Assembly: GCA_023213395.1 (NCBI GenBank)
Contig: CM041465.1
Location: forward strand, 73,601,741-73,665,740
Direction of reading: 5' to 3'
DNA length: 64,000 nucleotides
Source of the DNA: Cycas panzhihuaensis
Taxonomy: Eukaryota > Plantae > Cycadophyta
Position numbers and translations under genes: made by a program. Of the stretch, positions 50,515-64,000 are shown piece after piece. Within the stretch, counting starts at the first letter, position 1. Each line of letters begins with the position of its first letter. The notes beneath the pieces are model-generated. The model was given only the letters and a program-made list of their open reading frames with translations, was not told where the DNA came from and did not search any database.

Positions 50515-52756
50515 TTGAGAAAATCAACCTTTTAGTAGTTTACAAAATGATGTTGGATATTGCAGATTGTTGGTGTTTGTACAAATGCACTCCCATCTCA
50601 TGATTGTTTTCAAACATAGTCATATGAATACTACGGAGCAGACAAAACTAGTTATAATCTTCAAGGGGGAGTAGTCATTCACAAGCTACAGATGCTTGTT
50701 CATTAATTTAATGGTATAAATTGATACACATATTGTAGATACCTATTTGACATATTTCATTTACATGTTTTTCATTTTCTACACTAAACTACAATATTCT
50801 TTTCTTTTTAACAATTTTATATATTACATGTATTTCTTTAATGTTGACATGTTTATATATTAAAGTGTTCCTTGTAAGGCTTGATTTGACTGCTCTATTT
50901 ATTGGGCATATTTCATTGTTCTAACAATGACATGCAGGTATATGTAGATGACATGCAGACCTTAAAAAAGTGACAGGCAAGCTCAAAAATCAACATGCAA
51001 ACCCAAAAAGCAAGTGTATACAGGCAAATGAAAGATGGAAAACAGTGAAGAAAATTTTGTTTCAAGACAATAGACTGCTAAAAAACCTTTGCTGAAGAAT
51101 CCTCTGATACCTTTGTTAAAGCTTAGAAACAATAATTAAAAAGAGCAAAAAAATTGCTAAAGGACCACCACTGAAATGAAATGTTGAAGAAAACTTTGTT
51201 ACAGTGTTAAACATGAGCAAATAATACTTCAAAGAAAGACTCTACTACACAAGAAATATTGTGGAAAAACACAGTGTAAAAACTAGACAAGAACCAAAGG
51301 ATAAATCTCAGTGCCAAAGCCAGACGAAAAGCATTGAAGTCATGATGAAAAAGCTAGGCAACATATATGAAAGAGGTTGAAAAAAATGAATTAGCGGAGT
51401 TTATTTTCAAACTTTAGAAAGGCAATACAAATTAAAAAAGATATATTCTATTGAATATACTTAATGATATATTATAAAGTTCGAAACTTTATTAAAAAAA
51501 TCAATTTTTTTCATTATTGAAGTGTTGCACGACCTGCACATTTTCACAGATGACCTACGAAGGTTCAATCACTTCAATCTCATTCAATCTGTAACAGAAT
51601 TTTGTTTTGAGAGTTGTGTTGGGTTTGTATAAGTCCACAGAAGTTATCTAAAGCTACAGTCCAAAGAAAAATCTGTTAATTAAGTTGTTTCATTAAGAGG
51701 ATGTCGCATGGCCAAACGGAGATGCCCAAGCATTTTTTCATCATTTTAAGCCAAACAAAGGACGGATTAGGGTCATAATCACTTACAGAGTATAGATAAA
51801 ACCTTTGTGTTGAGATATGGCATTGACAGAAAGTGAAACAAAGCAAAACAGGGGAGAAAAAGCAGTGAAACATAAAGGAAAATTGGCCCAGGCTGTGCCC
51901 AATTGACCTATGAACAAAATAATTCACATTCAGATGATTTGTAGGATAAAAACAAGTGCATGCATGCCAAGGCCATTTCTGCTCTCAAAAGTGAAAATTT
52001 TGGAAAAACGAGTTCGTAGGAGGGAGACGACCATTTTTGCATGCCCAATAATGAAAGATGCAACAAAACCCCTAAATATGACCTGTCATTTTGATCCTTG
52101 ATAATCTAACAGTCTAGTGGCAGGGTTATTTTGGGAAAAAACACATTCGTTTATCAAAAAAAGTGTTTTTTGTGGAGGAATCCAACATCATTTGTGCCAA
52201 AAAAGTGGAATATTCTGTCAAGAATATTCTCAATAAAACTTTAGACAAGAAATATTTAATATTTTCTAAAATGTAAGTGAAATTAAACTGAATTGGGTTT
52301 TCATTTGGAGTGCGGTGCGAAGCTCCCTGCTTGCTAGCCCCCAGTCATGTGGTGTTTTGGGTGCCAAAGGCATTTCTGGGCCACACGAAGTCAATTTTTG
52401 AAAAGTAAATATACCACGACGCGCAATTTTTCAAGATCTATGATCTGGCAGTGATCATATGGGGCAATTCAGAACAAAATATTAGTGAAAAAATAATTCC
52501 TTGTGTTGGTTTGGCATATTCCAACTACCTGCGAGTAGACTAAGGCAACAAAAGCAATCATATCAACTGCCTACGTGTCGACTGACATTATTTACAGCTT
52601 TCTTTTTCCATTTTTATGCTTGTTTAGTTGTTTTTTAATCATTTTTATCTATTTTTTGCTTAAAATTGGCTTCTAGAGGAAGCATAATGGGAACTATCAG
52701 AAAAAAGCTTACAAGTCCTAAAAATTACACAATCCAAAAACATTAGATGCATAGTT

Positions 52757-55700
52757 TGTAGCAACAAGATTCATTTGGATCCGATTTATCACCTGGAAAG
52801 GACTCTGAATAAAAATAATACACAGTAAGAGATGACAAAATATGATAACAATGTAGTAATAAATGAAAGAGAAAGAGGGCTGCCCAAGTGTCAAAGTAAA
52901 TGAAGAATACATGAGTAAAATATCACCAAATATAGGGTAATGAAATATCAATAAAACACAATATTGGAGCCAAAATGGTGCTCCCTTTTTGAGGTAAGAT
53001 AGCCTCCAAATACTACTACCCAAAGGGCCAAAGTACTACTACCTTAAAGGCCAAAAATATCTTGCCAAATCAGTGCTAGCTTCGTTGGGAATGGAGCCCC
53101 TGGGTCCCTTATATAGTTGGATTTTGCCTCCATGTAGAAGTCGGCCAAGACAAGGTGAAATATTGGCTTGAATAACACATGTAAGTTAGCTAGTACAATG
53201 CTTCTAAGTCGGCCAAGACTGAGTAATTTGATTTACTACATGTCCCACCCCTTCAAAACATGCTTTGCCCTCAAAGCATGGGTAAATTGGAATGTTGTTG
53301 CATCCATGCTTCAGAATCCCAAGTGGCATCCTCTATATCTAGAGTCTTCCATTTTATGAGGAACTCCTGGATTCTTCTAGAGCGTAATTCTCTCATCCTT
53401 GTCCATAAAATCCCTTCGAGTTTAATAGTCATCTTTCCCTCTTCGTCTAAATCTGGAATTGTTGTCTGAGGAGCTATCTTCTCACCTATCTTCTTTTGAA
53501 ACAGGGCATGTGGAAGACGTGAATTTTGCTTTCTAGGGTTAGAAGTAGGCAATATGCTACTTACTCGATCTTTTCTTTGACTTGGTATGGTTCGTAAAAC
53601 TGCAATGCTAATTTTTGTTTGTTCATTTGCTGCATTGATATTTGTTTATAGGGCTGAAGTTTGAGAAAGACCCAATCCCCTACTTCAAAACTCCTCTCCA
53701 TTCTTTTTGCATCTGCTTGTTGTTTCATCCTATTCATTGTGGTATTTAGATTATCTTTTATTATTTGTATTGTTCGGTCTATCTGCTCCTGTTGTTCATG
53801 GACTGATTGAACCTATGATACTTTTGTCCAAGTAAGTATAGATGGGGGTTTGTATCCATATATTGCTTGGAATGGAAACATTTTAGCTAATGTATGGTAT
53901 ATGGTGTTAGACCACCATTCTGCTAAGTAGATCCACTTGTGCCATTGGTTTTGTTTGTCTAAGGAGAAGTTTCACAAGCATCCTTCCAGACATTTGTTTA
54001 CCGCCTCAGTTTGCTCATTCCTTTGTGGGTGATAAGTAGTACTCATATGTAATTTTGTTCCTACCAACTTGAACAAATCTTGCCGAAAATGGCTTGTAAA
54101 TTAGGGTTTCTATCACTAACTATGACCTTGGGAAACCCGTGCAATCAATGTATTTCTTTCATGTATACTTTCGCAATCTGACTTGCCTTTGCCATAGTTT
54201 GTGTGCCCCTAAAGTGCGCATATTTCGTACGTCTATCCATTGCTACAAAAATAGCATCCTTTCCTTCTGGTCGTGGGAGCCCCATAATGAAATCCATAGA
54301 AATTTCTTCCCATTTTTGGGTTGGGATATGTAGAGGTTATAACAGTCCCAGGCTTTTCACACATTCGCCTTTGTTACATTGACAAATGTCACATTATGAT
54401 ACCCTTTTTAGGATATCTACTTTCATCCCCTTCCAATAGAAAGAATTCCTTATTTTTTGGTAGGTTTTATCAATTCCTATGTATCCTCCTATAGGCGTTG
54501 AGTTTGCCTCATCTATTAAGACCTCCTTTACTTTGGACTTTGTTGGGACAAATATCTTTCCTTCTTGTAGAATCAAATCTTCATGCAGATCAAACTTCGA
54601 CATCTTTTGGGTTTGTATATCTTCTAACACTTTATATGAGAATGGATAGCCCTTGTATTCTATAATTAATTCCCAAGTCCAATTAGGAGTTGCTATTGTT
54701 ACTGCCTTGACAGTTATTTCCCCATTGTTCTCCTCTGGTAGCCTTGACAGAGCATCTGTTATGACATTCTCTTTCCCTTTTTTGTATTCGATAATGAAAT
54801 TGAATGTTTGTAGCTTACTTACCCATTTTTGTTTTTTGTCTGGTAACGCTCTCTAATGCAAGAAGTAATTTAGGCTGTCGTGATTTGTTCGAACTATGAA
54901 TTTATTTCCAAGCAAATATTGCCTCCACTGTTGAATTGCTTGCATAATTGCCAACATCTCTTTGTCATATATTGGTTTTAACTTCTCTCTGTTGTTCAGC
55001 TTCCTACTTTCATACGCTATCGGTCAACTCTCTTGTATTAGAACGGCTCCAATCCCAAATCTGAAAGCATCGCATTCTAAGATAAATGGTTTAGAAAAGT
55101 CTGGTATTGCTAGAACCGATGCAGTAACCATTGCTCTTTTGAGGTCTTTGAAGGCTTTCTCTACTAATGGGTTCTATCTGAACACATCTTTCTTCTTAAG
55201 ATCTGTCAAAGGTGCTACAATATGGGTGCATCCCTTAATAAACCTTTGGAGGAACCCTGCTACTCCTAAAGAGCTTCTTATCCCTGTCACATTCTTTGGC
55301 ATTGGCTAATTGACAATAGCTTGTGTCTTCTTCGGATCTATCTTGATCAATTCCCTAGTAATGACATGCCCTAAATATTCCAACTCTTCCTTTTCAAATG
55401 TGCATTTTCCCATGTTCACATATAATTGGTGTTTTCCCAAGATCATTAAGACTGCCCTGATATGGTCTAGGTGTTTTTCCCAAGTTTTGTTATACATCAA
55501 GATATCATCAAAAAAGACTAGTACAAATTTCTGTGATAGCGGTTTGAGTATTGCAGTCATGGTACTTTGGAATGTAGCTGAGGCATTCGTCAATCCAAAC
55601 AGCATAACTTTGAACTCAAACAACCCCTCATGGGTGCAAAAAGCTATTTCATAAACGTCATCTTCTTTGACACGGATCTGATAGTACCTAGATCTGAGAT

Positions 55701-58254
55701 TGATTTTTGTGAAATATCTCACTCCATGAATTTTGTCAAGCAAATTGTCTGTCCTACGAATGGGATAACGATTATTTACTGTCAATTTGTTTAATCCTAT
55801 ATAGTCTACATGCATCCTATAAGATCTGTCTTTTTTGGGGTTCACCACCAATGGTGACGCAAATGGACTTGTATTATTCATTATCTGTCCCTATGCTAGG
55901 AATTTCCTTGTGATATTTTCAATCTCCTTTCTCAAGTGATATGTGTCTATATGGGCATATGTTTATCGATGTTGCTCCTGGTACCAGTTCAATAGTGTGC
56001 TGATGTTCGCATTGGGGAGGGAGCCCTTGAGGTTCATTAAATACCGAGTTGTGTTCATTTAGGATTTCTTGTACTTTAGGCGGCACATCTTCTACCACTA
56101 TTTTATAGCATGTTAATATATATGCCAAAGGATTTTTCTTCAGTATTTTCTCCATTCGGTGTGAGGATACCAATTGTGTCGGTGGTGTAGTGGGTGCTTG
56201 AAGCTTGTACTTTTGTCCCTTCTGTTAGAAGCACATGAATCACGTCATATAGTTTGTAACTATATTCCCCAGCATTTGTAACCACTAAATGCCTAAGACT
56301 GCATCCATGCCTCCAATCGACATCGCGCACATGCATGTGATTACTGAATAACCCCTATTTTGTAAATTTACAGACTTGCAATACCCTCCACATGGTGTAG
56401 TTTTTCTGTTTGCAATGGACACCTGGAATGTGTTTAATGATTGGATTACTAATCCCAACTTCTTCATTGTGGCTCGATTGATAAAATTATGGGTGTTGCC
56501 ACTATCTACTAGAATTGCCTCCGAAGCTCCTTTAATCATCCCTTGGAACCTAAGGGTTTGAGGGGTGACTTGTTGTCTTGTAATGGCTTGTAAAGAAATT
56601 TACACATTCTCGATATCCACTTCCAAAAGTTGGTCTACTTTAGCTTCTTCTTCTGGAGCTTGCTCAATCTCTTCTTCTTCTAGGATTTCCCCATCTTCAT
56701 TGTTAATCATGAACACCTTTTTCGTTAAGCACTAGTGTTCTCGGTTCTATTTTCCCCCGCACTTGAAGCATGTCCCCTTTTTGAGATGTTCATCTCTTGA
56801 TATTCTCTTTGTATCATTTGAATTTCTTACTACTAATGGTGGGCCCACCTTTGTACCTGACTTTATCCAATGTGGATTTGACCCCTAGTGTTGATATGTA
56901 TTTGGCTCAAATCTACATGTAGATGTTGGTCAACTCTCCTTGAATTCTGCTTCGATGATTTTGGCTAATTTAATCATGTGTTGAATATTTATTGGACTCA
57001 TGGAGTTGATGTGGAACCTAATTGGTCCCTTTAAGCCACTGATGTACATTTCCATGAGACATTTTGACGGTATTCTCTCTAAAACAAGATATTCAAGTCC
57101 CTGAAATTGCTCTGTGTATTCCTATATCGATCCCATTTGCTCTAGTCATGTTAGTTGGGCGAAGTAGTCAGTGTTCCATGAATCTTCGCATTGATTAATC
57201 AAGTGCCTTTTCAAATAGTCCCAAGATCCTTGGACCCCTCTGTTGATCTTCTTCCACCAATAGAACCATTGTAATTCCCTTCCATATAAGTGAAGTGTTG
57301 TTGTTCAGATTTTATCCTTGTCGTCTAATCCATAAACCTCGAAATATGTCTCCATCTATAGTAACCAACTTCTGATGTCCCTCGATCTATCTGCATCGAA
57401 CTTTTCTAATGAAAGTTTGGTTCCTTTGAGTCCATGATCTGTTTGTGTGTTTTTCGGTCCTCTTCTCTCAAATGTTAACCCTTTGTATTTGTTGGGATTT
57501 TCTTGGTTGATGGGTTCATCCTAGGTGTCATATTCCCCTATCTTCTCTATGCCCAATGAATCTCCTTCTTCCATGGTTATCTCGGATCTACGAAACTGAG
57601 GAGGCTCTTTGAAAGTTTTTGCCCATCCTCTTATTTGCTCTGTAAGACTTTTTATGTTGTTCAATTCATCTAGCTTCTTGTTTGTCCCTTTAGTCTAATT
57701 TGGGGCCTGATTCACCATCTTATTGGTGGGGATTTTTTCTGACCTAGGTTCCATCTCGTTGTGGGGGGAAGCAAATTTGATTGCTGATTTTTTCCACTTC
57801 CCTTTGAATTCCTGCTTCAAAATAAAGCTCTGATATCACTTGTAGTGACAAGATGCGCTTGGATCCGATTTATCTGGTGGAAATGACTCTAAAAAAAAAT
57901 AATACACAACAAGAGATAATATAATATGGTAACAATGTAGTAATAAATGAATGAGAGAGGGTTGCTCAAGTCTCAAAGTAAATGAAGAATAAATGAGTAA
58001 AATATCACCAAATATAGGGTAATGAAATATTAGCAAAACATAGTATTGGAGCCGAAATAATGCTCCCTCTTTCAGGTGAGGTAGCGTCCAAATACTGCTG
58101 CCCAAAGGGCCAAAGTACTGTTGTCTTAAAGGCCAAAAGTATCATGCCAAATCAACACTAGCTTGGTTGGGAATGGAGCACCTGGGCCCTTTATATAGTT
58201 GGATTCTGCCTCCATATAGAAGTCGGCCAAGACTGAGTAATTTGGTTTACTACA
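52757..58254 (-). mobile_element. Element L: full-length decayed Ty3/gypsy chromovirus (Reina-like size), LTRs 52757-53240 and 57841-58254
   Basis: TGTAG..CTACA LTRs. PBS at 57827-57838, PPT at 53241-53257. TSD TAGTT/GAGTT. Confidence 0.95.
53271..57754 (-). pseudogene. gag-pol: Gypsy gag-pol of L (protease, RT, RNase H, integrase, chromodomain)
   Basis: LVDSGNTHNF, SPFASP..FGLTNA..VFFDDIL, and chromodomain EFLIKWKTLDIEDATW. Confidence 0.95.
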
Positions 58255-58844
58255 GAGTTTCTTTCATCTAAATGATCTGTGGAAGTATGTCAACAATTCT
58301 ATAATGGGAAAGGACACTAACGAAATCATTGATTTCCAAAATAGATTGAAGATAGATGTTGACTTCAACATTGAGTATCAATCAAAGATGAGGATTACAT
58401 TTCAATTTCTCAACTTATCAATCATTGGCAACATCATTTTGAACATCAAGGACACTACTACACCAAATCAGATGTGGAACACAATCGTGAACCTGTTTGA
58501 GCACAAGGATGATGTGAGAGCTCTCAACTTGCAGAGTATATTATATACATTGAAGATGACAAGAAATGATGTGGAAACCAAGAGGCAAGTGAGGGAGAAA
58601 GAGCGCCAAAAAAAGAATGGAGAAAACTCTAGAATGTCCTTTCTCATTGAATCCTTCAAGTATAAATACATGCATGAGAGATCTGCATGATGGACACTTA
58701 TCATCCATGCATTTCTTACTATTTGTACAGAGTATTAAAAATAGGAAGAAAGAATAAGGAAAGAAATAAAGAATAAGGAAAGAAATAAAGAATAAAGGAT
58801 AAGGAATAAAGAATGATGACAACTCATTAGTTCCTCCCTATTGA

Positions 58845-61800
58845 GAAGAAATTGTCCCCAATTTCTGTTGAAGATGGGGAAAATTGTGGAGGAAGTTTGT
58901 TTCATAGATTCACTTGGCTTGTGTGGATCGAGTGCCTTTCTTGACAACGAGGTGAGTGTTGGTGAGTCATTGTTGAGTGCATTGTTGTCTGGTGTCCAGC
59001 AAAGTATCTTCTTGTAGTGGTGGTTGAAAATCAGGATTTGTATCTGATGGATGTATGAGATGGGGTTCAACTTCTAATTGTGGGGGGCTCATATAATTTT
59101 AATCGGTTGATGTTTACGACATTGTGAATTCTTAAATGTATAGGTAAGTCGAGCCAATAAGCATTGGGGCCAACTTGTTGAAGAATGGTATAAGGTCCAA
59201 ATCTTATAGGTTTAAGTTTATAATGATGTTTGAATCTTCGTCTATCCAAGTGAAGCCAAACTCTGTTGTTGACGTTGAAGCTGGTTGCGACTCTATGTTG
59301 ATCATGTTGAGTCTTGTAGTTTTCCTGAGTTTGGTATAGTATCTGTTGGATTGATGTGTGTAGACGTGACAGATGCTCAATGAAGGTGGTGGACTTTTGT
59401 TGTTCCTTGTATTCATGCTTGGTAGCTCAGGATGGTAATGCTAAAGGAAGTTTGTACGGAGCTAGTAATTGGTAGTCGTGGCAAACTATGAATGGAGAGT
59501 GTCTAGTTAATCGATGGATTGCTTGATTGTAGCTATGTTAAACATTGTGGAGGTGCACATCCCATTGCTTATTGTGATGCTAAGAGATTCTAAGGGCTTG
59601 AACTAGCATCCTATTAACCACTTTGGTCTAGCCATCTGTTTATGGATGGAATGATGTAGAAAACTTAAGTTGACATCCGAGCATCTTCCATAAGAATTGC
59701 CAGAAGTGGCTCAGAAAATGGCTATCCTTATCTAAACTGATAGAAAGTGGTAATCCAAAGTGGGTCTAGACATGTTAGAAAAATAATGCGGTAGCTTGTG
59801 AGGTGAAGATCTCCTTTTTGCATGATATGAATATGGCCATTTGGGAGAATCAACATACAATGACAAAGATGCAGTCATTGCCATGTTGTGTGGTGGCCAG
59901 TGCACTAAGGAAGTCCATTGAAATTAATTCTCATGGTCAGGTTGGGACTGGTAATGGCTAATAAAGTCCGAGCTTCCTATTGGCTAGCTTAGATTGACTG
60001 CATAGGGAGCACTGTCGAATGTATGCTTCAACCATTTTCTGCATGGATGGCAAGTAAAAGTATCACTGCAAATGTTGAAGAGTCTTTTGAGTCCCAAAAT
60101 GACCATTGTAAGAGGATGAGTGAGCTTCTTTAAGAAGTTGTTGCCATGTTGCGCCAACAAGTACACAAAGCTTGTTAAATTTGTACAACAAATCATCCTT
60201 AATATGGTAGCCCAAGTATGGTTCCTGATTGGTAGTTGTTGGTTGTGCCAGTGCCTCCATAATAGGTTGAAATTGAGGATTTGTATGATAGAGACACAAA
60301 ATTTTATGGGAATGTCCGTACAAGTGTCCTCTATCTAATGGAAGAAAGAAAACGAAGGTTTTAAGTAATTTTAATCAGTTTTTAACCGATCAAAAAGAGG
60401 GCTAGAAAATGGAAAAGAAAAAAAATGAAAAAACGAATTTAGAAGTTGAACAAACTTTGGAAAAATAGAAAAACTGCCCAGATCTATCTGGGAGACATGG
60501 AGAAGTGCCCAACAATCTTAGACACAACAAGAGGAGTGAGAAATTTAGAGAAATAACTTAGAATAGCAGCCCAAACGTAAAATTGCTCCAAAAACTAAGA
60601 CTGCACAAGGAATGGACAAAAACGGAGGGACAGGAAGGAGCAGAGAAGAAGTGCCTGGATCTGTTCATGAGACATAGGAGGAGTCTAAGAAGGTTTAGAC
60701 ACTGCCAGAAAAAGAAAAAGATGGCCAAAGCATCTTGGGAAGATGCCAAGTTCGGAAGATATCCCATAAGTGGTTTTGCAGCTAAACTGAGGGCAAAACC
60801 TCACATCAGAGTCTCTGAAAAACATACCAAAGAGTACAAAGTAGCCAATATTGGGCCCAACATTCATTTATCCAATCCCAAATTGTTGTAGCAGTGAAGA
60901 AAGTGCTCAGTAGGGCACTATAAAACAGAATTTTGTAAGAAAAACTAAAATATTTCTAAATGCAATGTATTTTATTGCATATTGAATTTGAAATTATTTC
61001 GATTGGAATAAGTTTTCACTTTCCCATTCAATTCTGGATCACTGTCAGTGTTTAAGAGCTTGGATGAGGGCATTAAACTCCTTGTCATACGTGTTGTAAT
61101 TAAGCTTGGCTTGTGAGAAGCCCTCAAAGTGATAAGCAATGGGGTACCCTCCCTGCTTAAGTACTACTCCTAGAGCGAATTGAGAGGCATCTATTTCTAG
61201 TTAGAAGGGTTACTCCTCATTGGATAGCTGGAGAATTGGAGTTTACAAAGGGCAACCTTTAGTTTCTCGAATGTTGATTTAGCTTGAGGATTCCATGTGA
61301 ATTCTTTTGTGTTGTCGGTGAAAGCATTCAATGGGTGTGTAATGCTGAAAAAATGCTTGATGAATTTCTGATAGAAGTTGACATTACCCAGGATACTTTT
61401 GAGCTCTGTAAGGATTTTAGGAGTTGGCCAATCCCTAGTAATTTGGATCTTGGCTAGATAGACTTGAATTCCTTGGTCGTTAATGACAAAACCCAAATAG
61501 GGAATGGAGGTTTGGCCAAAAGAGCACTTCTTAAGTTTGGCCTTTAGTTGATGTCAGCGTAAAACTAACAAAACTGTGTCAAAATATTTTTCATGCTTCT
61601 ACAAGGTCTTGTTGAAGATTAATATGTTGTCAAGATAAGCAATAACAAATTTGCCAAGATGCGGGCGAAAAATATCAGTGATGAGGCGCATGAAGGTGGT
61701 AGGGACATTGGTTAGCCCAAAGAGCATCACAAACGATTCATATAAGCTGTGTTGTGTTTTGAATGTTATCTTCCATGTATCCTCAGTGTCCAATTAGACT

Positions 61801-63708
61801 TGATGGTAGCCAGAGGCCAATCAATTTTGGAGAAGTATTTAGCTCCTTGAAGCTAATTGAGCAAGTCGTCTATGAGTGGCAGCAGGTACCTATTTTTCAC
61901 TGTTACTTTATTGAGAGCCCTATAGTCAATACATAGTCGCCAGCGATTGTCTTTCTTGGGTATTAGAATTGTTGTAGATATGCAAGGAGAGAAGCTAGGC
62001 TAGATTTTTCCTTCATCTATTAATTGTGCCAGTTGTCTTTTGAGCCATGCTTTAGTAAGAGTGGCTCGATATGGAGCTTGGTTGGGTAATGATGCACCAA
62101 GTAAGAAATCGATGGTGTGTTGAATTGCTCTTAGGGGAAACAATCCATTTGGCTCATTAAACACATCGACATACATAAAATAGTCTTTATTATTACTAGT
62201 AGAATTTTATTACAATTGCCCATTTTTGCTTGACGAATGACATAAAGGGCCATGGATTTGGAAGTGTTGACCAACTTGGATACTCGATTGCCTAATAGTA
62301 ATGTCACAATGGTCAGTGGTAGTGTTGTTGTGGTCAATTTGTATGCCTTGTTGTCCTTATGGATTGCATAAGTATTAAGATACCCATCATAGAGCACCCA
62401 ACAATCATGTTGATAAGTTCGACCAAGGAGTAAGTCATTGTAGTCCATTGGAGTTACATTGTAGTCTATAGTATCTATGAGTGCTCAAATGGCAAAGGTG
62501 ACTATGCAAACGCAGTCGATGACTATGGGTTGTCCACTAGCAGTAACCCAACCAAGGGTATATGGCCATGGATGTGGCTTGGTGGGTAGTTGTAGAGTAT
62601 CTACAATTGCTTTAGAAATTTAATTTTTTAGGTTATCATTATCTATGATGCAGAGTGCTATTCTATCTTTAATTTGGCAGTTGTAAGTAAATAGCTTTTC
62701 CCACCCTTGTGCCGAGTACTCTTTGGCCATCAGTACTAAGTTTGTGGATTAGGTATTTATGGATTAGCAAAGGGGAATGACTTTCGGTTGTGTTGGTTCA
62801 CTTTGAGGCTCTATCATGAGTTTCCTTGTTTTCTATTGGGCCCTACATTCTGCATCTATGTGTCCCCAGCACTTGTGGAAAGAACAATACTTTATGTTTG
62901 TTGGTCATAGTGTGAGTGGTTGTGTCTTAGAGGAAGACGTTGTGGTGGCAAGATTTATGAATGACTTGGGCCGTTTTTGCATTTTAGCTTCTATTTTGAG
63001 AGTAAATTGAAAAGTTGCTTCTAATGTTGGTATTTGAAGTTATTCCATCTCTTGTTATACATGTGAGTACAATCCTCCAATAAATTTAAGTTTCAAGAGA
63101 TGGTCAGGGTCATTCACTTCCAACCTGATGTAGAGCTTCAAGAATTCATCAATGCATTGTTGCACAAATTGTCTTGATACTTGTCTGATGTGTAACCATC
63201 ATTTCATGAGATTATCAAGATACCCAAGTAGGTAGAAACACCCCTTACTACCTAATTTGAAGTCACCCCATGTAAAAATTGGTTGTTGCTCACTATATGC
63301 TTGCCACCATGTCAAGGCTTGTTTGGCCATATGCACCTCAACTACCAAGAGTTTCTACTGCTCTGATAGTTATTGAGTTTTGAAGTAAGCTTCCAAGCTT
63401 TGAAGCCAATCATCTAGTTTATCTGCATTTAGTGTACCATCAAATAGTGGAACAGATATTTTGACATCTAGTTTGAATTGTGGTTGCTATAGCGGGACTA
63501 GCATAGGAACTTGTTGGTGCAACAACTATTGGAACATGGTCATCATGTTGTTTAGGTTCTGTTGAAAGGTTTGCGAGTCTTGCTTTTGTTCCCACAACTC
63601 TTGTGTAAGAAGCTCTAAGAAGTCTAGGTGTGATCGTTCTTCTTGGTCACAAGACATAGTTGGTAGTGTATGCCCACCTAAGGAAGGCTTATGGCAATAA
63701 GCGTACAT
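58845..63708 (-). pseudogene. gag-pol: Gypsy gag-pol of M
   Basis: ORF pieces 63526-63708, 62131-62448, 61599-61793, 61197-61496, 60063-60323 and 59067-59249. Confidence 0.9.
60325..61041 (+). mobile_element. Element N: solo-LTR-like insertion in the RNase H/integrase junction of M
   Basis: TGTCCTC...GGATCA, TATA-like CTATAAAA at ~60918. M coding sequence stops at both ends. The flanks ACAAG/CTGTC are not a TSD. Confidence 0.65.
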
Positions 63709-64000
63709 ACTGATGCTAAAGGGGTATATTCTTGTTTGGGTGATTTGAGATACGCCTGCCTATAAAGGATTTATGCTCGTATACTCATAACCACACCCCC
63801 CCCCCCCCCCCACCTTTTTTAACATAAAATAGGATAGGCCACAACTGTGAGTGATTGACACTTAGTGCCTGCAAGGTTGTATACAAGAGAGAAGGGGCAA
63901 TTTTTTTTTTTTAAACCCTTAAAAAAACTTAAATCTTATTAAATTACGTATACAAAGTAAACTAAAGTTATAAAGGGTTGATTTACTTTGGAATATACTA

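Larger units (their letters stand above)
49721..58569 (+). mobile_element. Element K: copia-type element with ~2.2 kb between PBS and gag; gag (~52667-52756, 58260-58569) split by L and cut by M
   Basis: KKLTSPKNYTI..MHS|FLSS..LWKYV reads across L's TSD. The 58304 ORF has a UBN2-like TPNQMWNTIVNLFE..LYTLKM. The link between LTR and gag is inferred. Confidence 0.6.
58570..63720 (-). mobile_element. Element M: decayed Ty3/gypsy (CRM-like chromovirus), 3' LTR ~58570-58829; 5' LTR not found
   Basis: PPT at ~58830-58843. Integrase (GPY..IHNVVNINRLK), RT (FGLTNVP..YLDNIL), HPWPYTLGW in the protease region, gag VPLFDGTLNADKLDDWL. Confidence 0.88.

Noticed and set aside
50938-50955. VYVDDM RT motif
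   Set aside because: Isolated, with no flanking RT similarity.
63796-63812. Poly-C run as PPT or G-quadruplex
   Set aside because: A simple homopolymer with no adjacent LTR terminus.

Overview
AT-rich, CpG-depleted land-plant repeat DNA. It consists almost entirely of nested, decaying LTR retrotransposons, and no host gene, rRNA, tRNA gene or CRISPR array is supportable. All boundaries and identities were read by eye; letter names are mine. Left to right: (1) the 3' end of a Tat/Athila-type Ty3/gypsy element (1-2766), with an array of ~8 hairpins and a frameshifted extra ORF resembling plant mobile domain (PMD)/plant transposon proteins; (2) two solo LTRs with target-site duplications (TSDs); (3) truncated copia elements E, F and G; (4) a four-level nest in which gag-only gypsy-like tandem units contain A (16115-30786), which contains copia C (19994-30477, TSD TGCCA), which contains copia D (24913-30125, TSD TACAC); (5) copia H (35337-41886) inside the leader of element I; (6) copia J interrupted by B (44115-48484, TSD TAGGC) and by K, with K interrupted by chromoviruses L (52757-58254) and M. 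Most notable: a pol-less copia-derived family (A, B, E, a remnant at 5640-6552 and a solo LTR) that encodes a conserved, unrecognised Gag-fusion protein behind a long patchwork leader; the gypsy hairpin/ACGCA-motif array beside the PMD-like ORF; a covarying stem-loop enclosing the polypurine tract (PPT)/U3 junction in five copia-type elements; and inverted GTACGGA/TCCGTAC clusters bracketing the 5' leaders of four copia elements.
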